The notes beneath the pieces are model-generated. The model made no database searches. It had not been told where the DNA came from and saw only the letters and a program-made list of their open reading frames with translations. This document shows positions 11,490-26,483 of a stretch of DNA of 64,000 nucleotides, piece after piece; the first letter of the stretch is position 1, and every line of letters starts with the position of its first letter. The translations under genes were made by a program, and so were the position numbers. This DNA comes from Antedon mediterranea (taxonomy: Eukaryota; Animalia; Echinodermata): assembly GCF_964355755.1 (NCBI RefSeq), contig NC_092678.1, positions 3,736,422-3,800,421 of the forward strand. Direction: 5' to 3'.

Positions 11490-13561
11490 TTCATTAAAAA
11501 GTTTTCCTTATACTTATATTCCGAAATCCACTTCCACAATTTGTCGCATGTTCTGAATAAATCTTTACTACAAACAAAACTAACACCAAGAATCAACTAA
11601 TCTTCTATGTTGACACCTATTTCAAAGCATTCTTACCCAAACATACCAAGTTCTAACAAAAATTATAGCTCACAGGCATAACTCTTGATTGACTGTTGAA
11701 AGCTAGCTAGCGACTTTTACACTACTCAATTAGACTTTCATAAAAGAGCAATTTCATAGATGCCTTCAGGTGTGCAAGCCCTCAAAGAGTATTTCAGCAC
11801 CTTTTATTCTAGTGTATACTTATACAGAGGTGAAGATTACCTCAGGAACCTGCTAAACCTGGTCCTAGGGCTAGGATTTCTACTTTATTTACACCCTTCG
11901 CACGATATCAAGTACAGCAGCGGATAACTAATATAAAAGTAGGTGTAGAGGAGAGAAGGCTGTACTGATAACATTTTTCTAAGGTGAATATACATGAATC
12001 AAGATTAACTGCTCACCAACACACATGTTTTGGACATAGTATAAAGGGGTACCTAGTAGTCCCCTCTGAATATCCCACTGCTGCAGTAGCCAAAAGAAAA
12101 TTATGTGTCCACCTGTTTTAATAAGATAAAAAGAATCTAAATGTTTGCCAGAATTAACTTCAAAAAGTAGAAAGGTTTCAGACTTCTTAACAATATAAAT
12201 TTGGACCAAAGCCAAGTTAACAATAATTTACAAACAATAGAAATTATCGTAAATGCAAGGTAATAATACACCTGTCGGAAAGAACACGACTCTTATTAAT
12301 AAAACAATGATTTTGCAGATTGTTTGCCAATGTCCAAATCAATGTTGTGAAAATTTAATTATAGAAAAACTTCATGGGTGCTAAATAGAGTCAATTGTAA
12401 ACACTTTATATTAAACTAGGTAAAAAGTTAAAAAGGACTATTTCACCAAACAAACTTTCATCCTGCGACTTCACAGAAAGGCAAAATATTTCAGATAATA
12501 TAAAAAAGATTTATAACCATTCGTCCATGGATGCTTGTGACCAAGTTTGGTTAAAATTGGTTAGATTCACAGAGAAGAAGCAAATCGTGCGACAGAGAAA
12601 GAAGAAACAAGAAGAATACAATATGATTTCTGGTATTCATGCTATGTATTTTACCTGTCAACGTGTTGTAGGCATACACTCACAGAACAATTGAGGGGGT
12701 AGTTTACATTATGAATATATTTATCCAACGGTCCTAATTCCTAATGAAAAACTCTAAGGAGTTGGATATATTTAGACATCTAAATATAAAGTATAATGAA
12801 AGATCTCATTAAAATAGAAACCACAGACAAAGATAGAAAGATGAAAGTAGGATGGAATTGTGATCACTAAGGAATAATACTGGTTCTGACCTTGTGATTC
12901 ATATGACTCAGCAATAAATGAAACAGGAGAAGAAGAGGGGAAAGAAGATTGATACCTAAATTGAAAAAAAATAGGCTAGTTTTCTCCAAAAAAAATTAGT
13001 AAATACCGTAATATTTTCACAGTAAACACAAATGTAGAAAGATTAAACTTTCAAAAGAATCCCAGATTAATCCACTGTTCCTAACTGTTCTACTTATTTC
13101 AGTCGGACAATTGCAAATATGTAGAAAGAACTTACATTCTAAAAAACTTCAAGCAATAACAATAAAAATCGCTACCTTGGAGGTAAGTTTCATGTAAACT
13201 AAACAATATATTTTCTAAATTTATCAATTAAAAACAGAAAAATGTTTCGTTTTGATAAAGATGTGACATGTACTTTCTGCTACATTCGCTGCAGGGGAGG
13301 TACTATGTTTGTAAACTTTTAAGTTGGAGGTAACTAAAACATCATTATTACATAACAATACTATTAATAACCATGAACAATTGTATGCAAATTAGAAATA
13401 ATATTGTGATATGAAACATTAAATGCATGCATACAATTGTACCAATTTGAATAAACAAAATTGGGTTAATAAAGCATCTGAAAGACCTACAAGTAGTATA
13501 AATATTGATTAAATGTTCTGGCAAAGTCATGTAGATGCTTTAGCAGCACTCTCTTAATATG

Positions 13562-13583
13562 AGTTTGATAGTGTAGACAGAGC
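13562..13583. mobile_element. Solo terminal fragment of MITE family 2
   Basis: AGTTTGATAGTGTAGACAGAG is identical to the right TIR at 26590-26610. Confidence 0.7.
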
Positions 13584-16500
13584 TTTACATATCCACAACA
13601 GGGGCTGTGTGAATACTAAAGATGTTTCCAATCATAGTTTGACACCTATTTATTTAACAGTCAGGATTGATACTAGACAAAAACATGGCTAGATAATATA
13701 GAAGAACTCTGAATACCATCATAGATGTCTGACAGCAGTTTAATAATAGATAGACTAACCAAGTATTGATAAAAAACAAGTAATGTATTTTTTAATTAAA
13801 GGAAATTATCACTAAAACAACAAGAAAACAAAAACAAGATTCTAGGACGCTGACCTCAAAATAAGTCTTGAATTTGTCACTACCGTCGTTGATTAATGAC
13901 AGTAATTATCTTACTTATACAAACTATTTACATTGATATTGACTTGACTTATTTGTTGGTGTTACTTATGGTGGATTATTCTTACTTTGACAAGATGTAA
14001 ACTGAATAACGCTAACCAAAATCCCAATTTTTTATGCAATTAAAAGCTAATAAAAAAAATCAATATTTATGTTTTAAAAAAAAAAGCCTGTGGCTAAAAC
14101 ATGAATGGAAAAGCTGCAGTGATTTGGGAGAAAGCTCAAACACAACATACTTGGGATTTTATAACTCTGGAATTCATAATGAAGTCTATCATTTATTATA
14201 ATTATGTTGGTATATTTGTTGTTTTTATAACTACAGTCGGTAGAAGTTAACCAGACAATCAGGAAACGTTAATACCTTTTGTAAAAGAAAACAATTTAGA
14301 AGCACAGATAGTATTTAATTAAATCAGACAAATTTCCTGCCAACCTCCTTTACAGCTGTTTGTGTGTAGATGTCTACTCCACTGATGAGCCTGTCGACAA
14401 TCTTGCAGATCACTTGGTAAAAGCAAGAAAGACAAACCTACCTTATGCTGAATCTGATAGTTCTAGTCTGCTGATCTTCATATGGTATAACTTTTGTAGA
14501 AGGTATCTATATAAAAAAACTCTCCCAGAACCGGACACCGTTGTGCTTGCTAAAAAGGTTTTCGAGAAAGCCTTCTTGGCCTGGTTTTGGGAGAGGCAAT
14601 AAAATCGGAATCAGAAGACAGGCATACAAATGCTTACCTGAAAGATATAAAGAGAAAAAAACCATAAGCAAAAATTGAATAAAAGTAAAGAACTATATTC
14701 ATGAATAAATTATTATTAAGATTATCCATACATGCTGATCCCTCCAATTAAGAACCAACTGAAGGACCAGATATTATATTTTTCAGCAGTTAGCAGGGAA
14801 ACAATTTTAATGTTCATTTATGTCATTATAGTGCATAGTATAATGAGATCTTTTCATTTTTTCATTTACACCAACATGTAAAATATACACATTTAAGAAG
14901 TTTTCAGAATTGTATTACCATACTGCCCTCTATAAATCCAAATTAAATACTCTTATCTGATTGGCCACAAGTTTCACATATTTAAAAAGGTAATAGAGGG
15001 CGACAAAGACACTATAACTAAACATAAATGCAGCTTTGAGTGATTGCCAAAAAGTACTTGAAAATCTTGGACCACAAAAAGCTTTATCATGCTAAATGTC
15101 TATAATTAAATGTGCAAATAAACCATTTAATTAATTTAACTTCTAAAACGGAAGTTAAGATAAATTCTAGACCCACTCCGCATGAGGTGATTTCTGCATT
15201 AGCATATCTCCTCTTGACAAACATGATTTTTGGAATACTTTGCCAATTTGTATTAATAATGTCTTTACTCTCTCTTTTCATATAAACTCAAAAACTAAGT
15301 TCTCCTTCATATCGATGAAATCCAAATAATTGTAAATTGGTGAATTAAATTTAGGTATCAATCAAGTTCTATTATCTATCAAAAAAATGTTACTACCTGT
15401 AGACATTTTAGGATGAATTTAGAAGTTTACCATAGAGCAATTGCTCCATGGATTTACACACATTTTAAAAATCCAACACTACAAAGTGATGTTTCCTTTT
15501 TACCCTTAATTTTAAAACTTGGTGGATCAATTTGTGAAAATAACCAATCATGTAAGTAAGTGGTTAACCACAAAAATGAAGCAACAAGTATAATTTAATA
15601 GCCTACATGCAAAACAAGACTTCAAACACACTTTCTCTTCTGTGCAATTTATTCTAATCATAGTAAATAAATTAGTCAGATTTTGCAATAAGAAATCAAG
15701 GCTACATTGTACATTCTTAACTTCTTCCAAGATGATCATTATATTGGGTTTAATATGAACATTCAATACTGCCCTCTGTACATATATACTTTGACAATTC
15801 TAGAGGGCAGCATATGAGTATGATAAAGTACAACTCAGCAATGATTGGTTCAAAGTTGTAATGTTTAATAATAAGCTTACTCACAAATACTGCCCTCAAT
15901 ATAATAACACAGTTTCATGATGAAATGGACGATGGCCCAAACACTTATTCTTTAGCCATATTAACGTTTTTATTTAAAAATTCCTTGACTGTTTTCTGCA
16001 TGTACGTATATTGTTATTATCTCTGCAGTGTATATAAGAGGAATTTCTAATGTATTTTTATATTGGACCAAATAAAGAATGAAATGAAATGAAATTAAGT
16101 TCACAATAACCAGGCCAACAAATAAGCGCTCTTCAAATTTATCTCCAATGGGACAAAAATGGATGCCAACAAACTTAATATTATTTTTAAATTCTCTTAA
16201 AATCGAACAAGTTAATGAGGCTCTGTAGGCTTAACAATAAATAAATATTACCAACAAATTCCAGAGAGGTAAACAACAATGTTTTTAATCTGGAGTTCAT
16301 GTAATGCGGTCAAATTGTGCTGTAACATTCTTACAAAAGTGAATACGTACTTACTGTTATGATTTGTAGAAAGGGTGCATAGTGAGATTACATAACAGAC
16401 GAGTTAAAGACCCTATTATGGTCTTATTGCATCAAGGAACTTTCCATACTGTTAAGTAAACTTTGTAAAAAATATTTTGTAAGAGCTGACTCAAAGAACA

Positions 16501-17129
16501 GACTGCTCATATATGACAAGTTTATTAGTTAATGTAACAAAATTGAATTTTATTTCACAGACAAGGTTAATAGTAATTGTCTAATTCCTTTTATTTCAAA
16601 CAAACAAGTCAAGATTTTTTCGTGGGTTACCAAGATCAAAGAAAGTACCCGATGAAACAAACCAATATATAAAAAAATCCTTCAAAGATTAAAAGATCGG
16701 AATCTATCAAGACTAACGTACAATTTGCCTCACCAAGTGGAGGCCGGCCACGTCACAGATCATGCAGACAACGCATGTTGCTATCAAAACCACAACTTGC
16801 ATTAAACATGAACCCACTCTTAAACCATTTGATTACCTTGAAGACCGCCTACGGATGCAGTATTCAAATTAGAAGGAAATATCACTCTTAAAACAACAAA
16901 AATTATCATAAAGCTTTTGAAATTGGTTGAACCCAAAGCACATGGTCTGAAAGCAAATAACTCTACCGAAAATTTCTTGTCAGCAGAAATCGACAAAATT
17001 TAAAATAATCGGTTAAAAGGAAATTTTAAAATAACTGAAATTTTAACCAAATCAAATTCTAGTTATCAATAGTCCATATGCGGATCTAGATTGAGGTGTG
17101 AGATGGGTTGATCCTAGGTAGGGGAAAGG

Positions 17130-17311
17130 AAGCCCTAAATGTAAAACATACCCGCCTCTATTAGATCATGTTCTTCTACTATCGCCTTTAAATCTGCCTT
17201 AAAAACTCATCTTTTTCTTTCAAATTGAGCTATCATACACCACGCCTTTGATCACTTACTGCTGGAATTAGCGCATTACAAATTCGTATTATTATTATTT
17301 ATTATTTTTAT
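17130..17311 (+). mobile_element. L2/CR1-clade LINE 3' end
   Basis: PASIRSCSSTIAFKSALKTHLF (FKxxLKTHLF terminus of L2 ORF2), short 3' UTR, (TAT)n tail. Confidence 0.75.
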
Positions 17312-19696
17312 TAGGAATAGGTTTGGATCTTATTTATCACTGAGCAAATTTTAACAAAAAGGCAAAATAAGCCATCATAATCAAAATGGTCGAAGAAAGA
17401 AAAAAAAGAAAAAACAGTAGTGCCGAGGAATAATGGTGTAAGTTTAGAATAAAGTTAGCATCGTAGTCAAATTCTGAGAGTAGAAATCAAATAACATTAT
17501 CTTCAAACTTTCTTTGCATATTTACAATGTCATGAAAACCAACATGTATACTAAATCTGATTGATGATAATTGACTAAACATCATCATCACAGCAGTAAG
17601 GGCAGATCATTAATAGAGATCAGAACTGTATCCAACCTTCTTGAACCGGTTGCCACAACATGGGGGATGCTTGAATGTTATTATTCAGTTTGGAAAAAGA
17701 TCATGGTATTGGTAAAAGGTTTGTGAAAACTTCCAAATTCAAACCCTAGATCTGTAGAAGAAACAGAAGGGTGCAAAATGTTACTGTTCAAAATTCTAAC
17801 CATAATTCAATTCTCGAAAAATTAAACTCGAAAAGAATGTATTCCAATAGCCCGAGAGATGAACTAAATACTCTTGAGACACAAGAGTAATCCTGAGATT
17901 TGGATAGCAACAGTAGCACATATATTTAACATTTTTACTTGCTACAGTAATGTGCCTCACAGCATGTAGGCAAGAACTAGTAGGAAATTGCGCAACGACA
18001 TTGTGGGTTTATCGCCAACCTTCATAACAGCTGAGCTGATATAAACACGTGCTGTCAATGTGTCTATGTGCGCAATCATTAATCTCTATGAAGATAAAAT
18101 CAGTATTCAGACAGTGTCAACCAACAAAATGGATATATGTCAATTTCTGTTAATATGGAATATCTACGAGAACCTTTCTTAATATCTGTTGGGGTAAAGA
18201 ATATGCAAAAAAAAAAGAGAAAACCCTGTTGTAAGTTGTCAGTGAATCTAGTGTATAGAGTACTATGACCTTTGAGGCAGACAAAAATATATCCTAATAC
18301 CAGAATGGGATATCCAGTATTTCCCAGTAATATAACATGAATGAGGAAATTGACAGGAATGAATATACTTGGGATTAACTAATATTGCAAAATATGTGGC
18401 ATATTTTTTTTCCGGACTCCATTAGTATTTGTGGTATCCTCAAATATTACCGATGTATCGCTTCCTACGCTATCTTGTTTACGAGTTCAACTTAAGGTCA
18501 CATTTCCTAAAAAAATCTTTAAAGTATATTGACTTTATTGGGTTATGATTTGGAACAGCAGTACACACAATGTGAAAAAAAAAAACAATTTTGGGAAAAA
18601 AACTACATTATTTACGAATCCTTTATTTAAAAAAAAAACTTAAGTATTTATTTAAGATATTAATAGCTATATCAATTAAACGATGTTAAAGTAGATGTTT
18701 TTCTGGACTGACCATAAAAATAAATAAAAAGTGATAAAGAATTGAGGGAAATGAAAGTATACCAATTTTTTATGAATAACTTATTACCCTTTTGATGAGA
18801 TATCTTTATTGCTTACTGTAGATCTCAAATCAAATGTTATAAGATTCGAAAAACTATGGCTGACACACAGGTCCTTTAACCAAACATCACATTCCTTATT
18901 TGAGAATAAAGAATGTTATAGAAATCAATAACCATGGTAACACTATATTTGTACCACTGATCTTATATTAGTATGTGGTCTCAAAGAAAACCTGTTAAAT
19001 AAATTAAAGAGAACTTTTTAAGCATGTTCTAAATATATCAATCATCCTTATGACTCATTTAGAATAGGTTACTAAAAATATTACCAATTTTATTCAACAT
19101 AGCGACTAGATTGACACAAATACTTAAGTATTTCCTAAATACAGATTAAACTGACCAAGAAGTAAGAATGACGAATAATTAAAATTGACAAATATTAGAT
19201 CAATTGTCCTATTCTATGTGAACCTTTTAATTTCTACTACTCAGCATAACATCAAAATCCGAAACTCAACATCATTTAATATTTTCTTAATTTGACTAAA
19301 AAAATATCTAATCCCTAAAATGTAATAAACTAAAAATGCGTCGTTAAATATGCTAGAGTATTATAAACAAGAACAAAAAACCTATAAAACAAACAAAATA
19401 ACGTACAGAACTAAAAAATGTCACAAAAAACAAAAACACAACTTTTAATATTAAAGCAAACAAAAAAAAAATTTTTATCAAAATGGTTTTTCCTATAAAC
19501 CTACAAGGCAAATGGTTAAACTGTTTAACCGCATTTTTTTTCAATTGTTATTGGATTAACTTCCCACCTCTAGGAGCGTACACATCTTGAATAATTATTA
19601 AAAATGACAAGGAATTGAGAAACAGTAGGGACAAATATGAAATTCAATGTTTCATGCTGTAGGTCTCCAACTGCGTAATTGTATTTTAGGCTTTGA

Positions 19697-20221
19697 AATT
19701 GAAATGGATATGAAATTTTGTAAAAATACTTTTACAAAGAAAAATGTCATTGTACAGTTGGGAAAAAAATAAAGAATAAATCAGTCATGAAAACAACAAG
19801 ATTTTCACATACAATTGAAATGGGGAATGATATGAAATTTTTTTGAATAACTTTGCAAAAATACTTTTACAAAGAAAAATGTCATTGTACAGTTGGGTAA
19901 AAAAATTAAGAATAAATCGTTCATGAAACCAATAAGATTTCCACATACAATTGAACTGGAGAATGATATGAAATTTTGTTGAATAACTTTGCAAAAATAC
20001 TTTTACAAAGAAAAATGTCATTGTACAGTTGGGTAAAAAAATTAAGAATAAATCGTTCATGAAAACAACAAGAATTTCAAATACAATTGAACTGGAGAAT
20101 GATATGAAATTTTGTTGAATAACTTTGCAAAAATACTTTTATAAAGAAAAATGTCATTGTACAGTTGGGAAAAAAATAAAGAATAAATCGTTCATGAAAA
20201 CAACAAGATTTTCACATACAT
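19697..20221. repeat. Tandem repeat, about 136-bp unit, about 3.8 copies
   Basis: GATATGAAATTTT...AAAAATGTCATTGTACAGTTGGG recurs at about 19707, 19829, 19965 and 20101; the first unit has a deletion. Confidence 0.95.
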
Positions 20222-22762
20222 TTTCAAAACATTACAACATTAATGATACCAAAGGGAACTACGCGAATTAAAAACACATATGGTGTTAATCCAATTTAAC
20301 AATCAAACGAGAGTTATTTTACATACTTAGCGAAATCAATCCTGAATAATAAACTCTATTATAGGAACAGATTAAATGTAATTGTTTGTCTTACAAACTG
20401 CGGATGACTTTCACGATGCAGTGAGGCGTAACATCCATAGAAACGAAAGTTATTTTTACAAAATTAACTGAATTAGATTCTTAGAAAAATAAATTTGACA
20501 AGATGTTCATTTTTAAATTTCACATGAACAAGTAAGCTTCCTGTAAATGTAAAAACATTTTAAAAACTGGAGACTACGAAATGAGATGAAGCTTTCAGAC
20601 TGGAATGACTCATGCTAAGATAAACTATACTATAGACTAGAATGAATTATGATTTAATATTTCTATACAGGTTTTATGTCTTTTCTATGACTAATATTCA
20701 CAAAGCTTTGTATCTGGACATCTATAACGACCAGATAAAAAATACATCTAAACATCTTAAAAGATATTTTTTATCTTGCCAAACACTATGTGCGCTCTAT
20801 AAATCTTATTACTATCATTTACAATTATTTGTAACTCACAGATTGTTCGACAATGTTCATAGATAGTATCTAAACAGAGTTGGGGAACCTATTTGTATGA
20901 TAGATGGAAGGTAACTCACAGTAGTATTGTTTTTTCAGTAATTTGCTTTTGAAGTTATTCCTGAAAATAATAAAGTCAAGGATTGCAAAAATGCAACTGC
21001 AACTTTTCTTTCAATTTTTGCATGCATCATTGCAAATTATGTACTGGGATACAATGACTCTATTTTGAATTAACTTAATAGATACTGGAGACAACAATGT
21101 GCTCTTCTTTCCTGGGCGGCAAAATACAAGCTATAGATGACGCCTACACTAAAAAATCAAATTTCCACTTTCAATGACGAGAAATTAGCAAATTGTCTTG
21201 ACCTATAAGTCTGTAAAATCGGTGCCAGAAATGATAATTTAAGGGAAGAAAAAAGGGGAAAACTTTTTAACGAATAGGGGTATTATTAGTATCTGGTGCC
21301 AAACTTGATAACTGGGGGTAAAAACCAAAATAACTGAAAACACTTCCATGATATTCATCTTACATCATCTTAATCAAATCAATATCTTTAAATAAGAATT
21401 CCAACAAAATGAAAATGTTGGCGAGTTGTCTGTTTCAAATACTTATTCTTTTTGCAAAATGTTCATAACTTAATGTTTCAAGATTCATAATTTTTTAATG
21501 TAGTTACCATGTACTAAAAAAGTGTGAGTTAAAAACCATTAAAAAGGAAAACAAAAGCCAAATTGGTATTTTTTTTAAATGTAGCGAAACAATGAACAAC
21601 ATATAAATAATGTGACAGGTGAAACTTATTGATACTAATGAAAATGGTTTAAGCAGAAGTGGAACATTTCTAACTCCAAAACTGGCACCATGAGACCAAT
21701 GAAAATGATTACTTTGTATCAGAGGAATACTGAACTATAGCCTACATATTAAGTTAAGTTTAAAAGGTAATATATGCTTTATACCAACATAGGAACAAAT
21801 TCTTAAATCAATTGGTAAATTTATTATAAGGCACAATGCAGATTCCTTCACAACACACACAATTATGATGTATTTTTAAATAAGAATGGTTAGCAAGAGG
21901 TGGGTAAGATTGGCCATAAATGATGCAAAACACATAGATCCTAAAAGTGGCGATGATCAGCTCAACAACCAAAATATTAAAGCCTGCATGAGCCATAGAA
22001 AAAAAAACTATCTATGTTCATGAATCAATTTTTACTATTAGAGTATGAGTATGTCTTTTTATCTTTTGTAGCTTTAAACAAGCGACATTGAACTAATAAT
22101 TAGCATATAAACACAACATTTTAGTTGTTTGTTAAAATGATAACATATGTACTATGTGTGAGGTAAGGGACTCAAAATTATATAATATAATCGCACGCAG
22201 GTGATGAAGGTATAAGATTAATAAGTTGCTGTTATCAATTACCATTTAAAAGGTGTAACGTAACAGCTTTAATTTATCATAATACATATCTCACAAGAAC
22301 ACAATAAATAATGATTAATATTTAAGAGGTTTTGTTCCCAATTGTCACTAAAGTGTTAAAACATAATCGATTTTACAGGTTTATGATGTAAGAGGGAAAC
22401 AGTTGACCTCTTTGACCTCTTTCTGATTGCTCAGGCCAATTACCGTAGATGGTCAACTAATTAATGAAGGTTAATCCTACAATAAAGTACAACAAATCCA
22501 AAGTACAACAAATCCTAAGTACATTGCACTTGTCAATTGTCAAAACATTTCTCTTGGGGTTGGAAAGCAGGACTGTTTTCATAAACTTTATAAAATGTTG
22601 CTATAAATTCATGAAAAAATCTTTCTGGGAATGCTAACCGGAACATTAATATAACTGTTGTGTAATTTGCAATAAAAGTTTACTTCTTCCTGACCGAATA
22701 AAAAAAAAATTGAGCGAGTTGAGTGACCGAACAGTTAAAGTACGGAGAACCTTTCCCAATGC

Positions 22763-22980
22763 AGTTCTGGAGACCTTACCCGGCAGTTCTGGAGACTTTA
22801 CACTGTAGTTCTGGAGACTTTACCCTGTAGTTCTGGAGACTTTACCCTGTAGTTCTGGAGACTTTACCCTGTTAGTTCTGGAGACTTTACCCTGTAGTTC
22901 TGGAGACTTTACCCTGTAGTTCTGGAGACTTTACCCTGTAGTTCTGGAGACTTTACCCTGTAGTTCTGGAGACTTTACTC
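22763..22980. repeat. Minisatellite, 22-bp unit AGTTCTGGAGACTTTACCCTGT, 10 copies
   Basis: Head-to-tail copies directly visible, with no spacers. Confidence 0.97.
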
Positions 22981-25900
22981 CATGCAGATCCTACCTAAAC
23001 ACCTTAGCCTATTCAGTGGTGGACACCTCAGCCAATCAATTGCTAGAGACCTTCTTAGTATCACCTTAATCTCGCAGTGATGAGATTTTGGATCAATTAT
23101 TAAAATCATCATTATCGTTACAATTTGATTTAATCACTTATATCATATCATTAGCGATGGACTCCCATTGGTCAGGACAATATTCTTAGCATGTAACCGA
23201 ACTCAATCTCAGTTGTAGACAGGTTTCCATAATATGATATCAACAACTTCTTTGCACGTAAGAAATAGGAGGGGAGGAAATATTTGTCAAAGATACTAAT
23301 TTAAAAAACATGTTTAAAAATTTCATAAGAATAGACACAAATGCTAATGTTGCATCTACTGTGAAATTTCTTTCACGATATCAACTTGTTTAAGTCCATT
23401 TATGTTTGTTTTATCCCAAATCCTTAAACTTTATCCAAAAAAACCCATAAAATAACACTAGTATTTGTTTTAGACACACGTCTTCTCTCAAGTTTACCCT
23501 ATCTTAAGATAACCCTTGCATCTTTTTATCACAACTCATAAAAATGTACTAAGTCGGATACAAGTATTATAAACACGCACTATTTTTTTATTTATTCACA
23601 CTCTTTTAGGTAAAGATTGCCTTGTCTAAATAAAAGATTTAGTTGTATCTAAAACTCTCAAAGCAAATTTATTATGAGGTACCATTATGTGATAATTTTT
23701 ATAGAATTCTTTCTTCCACTTTTTGGTTGTTTTGTACGCTATTAAGATATCAACTGTAAACTTATAGCATGTTACAAAGCAATCATAGTACTGATCATAA
23801 TAAAAATCTGAACCAAACCAAAACTATCTAACAGAGGCAAAAAACATGCTGCATAAAATGTATCAGAAGGAAGATTGTAAAGGAAAAGTTCAAATATATC
23901 TTTCTTTAATGTAAAATATCTTTCATTCTGTTATATTGAAGACAAGATAATTGATGATTAAATGATTAAATTAAATTTGACAGCAATATACTTATTTTAA
24001 TGCCATTTACTTTTTGGTGAGGTAAATCAATCATTGAAATTTTTGATAACAACAAAATATTAATTTATTCACAAAATTAGGGCAGTACTAAAACCAAAAA
24101 ACAACAGAACTAATCGTCGCATGTGGCCATCTAAATTCCTACTTGCACCATTACATTATAAAGTTTATATGACAAAATGTTAATTTGTTATTATCAATGT
24201 TGTCATTCATTTTTTAAATCATATTCCCAATCAGATTATCTTCCTTTAATTGGAAATTGAAGATGATCCACCCTCGGCTCCACATGTAGTCAACAAATAA
24301 TTCCAGGAAACGAATATTTCCACGATTTCATCAAAATATCCATCGATACCCTGTGCATTACATACGTAGAATCAGGCAGTAGGCACGTGGGCCTAGACTT
24401 AAAAAATCGAGGTCACGGTGAATCTCAGCAAAGCGACCTCAATCTGCCATAATCCCATCAGTTTCAATATTTTTTATACAGGAACTTTAACTGTTTTAAA
24501 AGCTATTTTTTCCTGTATAAGGAAAATAATTTTTTTATCAAAACTTATTTTTATATGTACAATATTTGAATAAATTTTATATTTTGTTTATATATTGTGG
24601 ATAGTAAAGACTTTCAACCAAAAAATAAAAATCATAATTTTAATTTCTCGTAATGTTGGTATAGAACAGGAAATCCATCTACCTACACTTAATACCATAT
24701 TATTCTCTCAAAGAAAAAGTAAAATAATTTTAATACTAGGCCTTCAAAGAACAAAATCATATGGCTTATTGTCTTAACAGCTCACGAAATTCATCATGTC
24801 GTCCACATGCCCACCACTGTATTTCCGAGTCAATTGAAAATCTAATTCAAATTTGTACTTTTCTTATAAAATGGCATAGAAATGTACAATGGTACATTGA
24901 CAAAAGCTGGAAAACATGGAAAAATTGAAATAAAAAAGGAAGAAACAAAGAAAAAGAAGGAAAAAAAGTCCTCAGGGGAAAATTTGACCGTGAAGTGCTT
25001 GCTCATTTCTGTAAGGACAGCAAAGAATTTTCTTTATTTCTTTTTATAATCTACATCACCAGTTATCTCATCCGAACACTTCAACCTGATCCTCACTTGG
25101 GCAAATTAAGAATTAAGAAAATAAAATTTATGAAGAGCTGTAAGTGCAGGTGGCTTTAGAAGCTCTAAATCATTACTTTTTCTAGGAAAGATAGCTATAA
25201 TGTTCTTGTGACTGATGGTGCATAGTTGAAGCTGCATTAGCTAACTTAAAAATGAAAAATTTCAGTTATATTATGAGTAACCAAAAGTTGAGAAAATTTG
25301 CGAAAAGGAGAAACTTCAAACTCATGTTTATGTGTCTATAAGATTACATTCACACATTTAAATCTGATACCTACATTGGCTATACTGTATTACTAATTGT
25401 ATACTTGTACAGTACTTGGCACATGCACATTATTACAACATTTTAAAATGGAAGGAATTATATATAATGCAAGGATAACTGTATACTTGTTCACTATGTT
25501 GTTACAATGTTTTTTATATGATAAAAATGATATTTAATAAGAAATATAGTTTCTCAATGGTTCTTAGGAACTGACCTCCCACCAGAGCACTCCACCCGCC
25601 GCTCTTCATACATCCATGCATGCTAATGATTAAACCACAAGCATGATATTTTTCAATATCATGTGCAACGCAAAATGAAAGCCCTTCTTTTTGACGAGAC
25701 TCAAATTGTCAAAACAAGTATTAGACTTGCTACATGTGATCATTTCTAATCACAATTATTCTTCCCTTGATATCAAAACACTTCCTGAATAATATTAAAA
25801 TTCATGTATTAATCATAATCTGTTTAAATTCCAAAAATTTCATAAAAACATTACAGTAATGGAAAAAAGTGGCAGAATATAGAATTGATTTTATCCATAA

Positions 25901-26483
25901 AATCTGTATCTTTTTTAAAGTTCAAAAGCACCAAAATTAAATTCTAAAAAGGAGTCAGTTTCTCGAGGAATCAATGTTGCCATTAAGAATACTAGTTGTC
26001 AATCTGCTGTGTAAAAATACCAGAACTTCAACAATTACCTACTGTATATACAAATTAAATTCAGGAAAAAATTATGCAAATATCATATCAAATATGATTT
26101 TTTTAAATGTTTGTTTATAAAAGTGTATTGTAAATTAAGTTCAGGTGGCAATTAACACTCATAAAATGTCTAATTTCCAAAGCAAATTGGCCTTGTAAGA
26201 TTCCAAAACAAGACCACCTGTTTACTGCTTGAATTAGTTTTTTTATTGTCAACTAACAATATCAAAACATTACTGCTATAACTAAGTTAAATGCGTGATT
26301 TGGATGAATTTTATTGGAAGAGAAAACATCGGCTAATAAGGTTTTCATCTTGGCAAAGCAAAACATTCTGTTGGGTTGAGCGATGAGAAAAATTGTACTA
26401 AAACTTAAGTATTGAACATATTTTTGGAAAAAGGAATAGAAATTGTGTTCCAGTAGCATACATTACCTTCACAAAATGTCACA

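Noticed and set aside
12904-12913. TGACTCAGCA antioxidant-response/MARE site
   Set aside because: An isolated motif more than 10 kb from any promoter; not distinguishable from chance.
14360-14602. 80-aa + strand ORF, and CTGATGA at about 14382 as a hammerhead
   Set aside because: No recognisable homology or splice context for the ORF; no stem II or GAAA follows the CTGATGA.
16640-16910. Possible GIY-YIG/Penelope coding remnant
   Set aside because: Only scattered weak motif resemblance with multiple stops; not supportable by eye.
19785-20060. 91-aa ORF with internal repeats
   Set aside because: A by-product of the 136-bp tandem repeat.
22763-22980. 22-bp repeat array as a CRISPR
   Set aside because: No unique spacers, no cas genes, eukaryotic context; it is a plain minisatellite.
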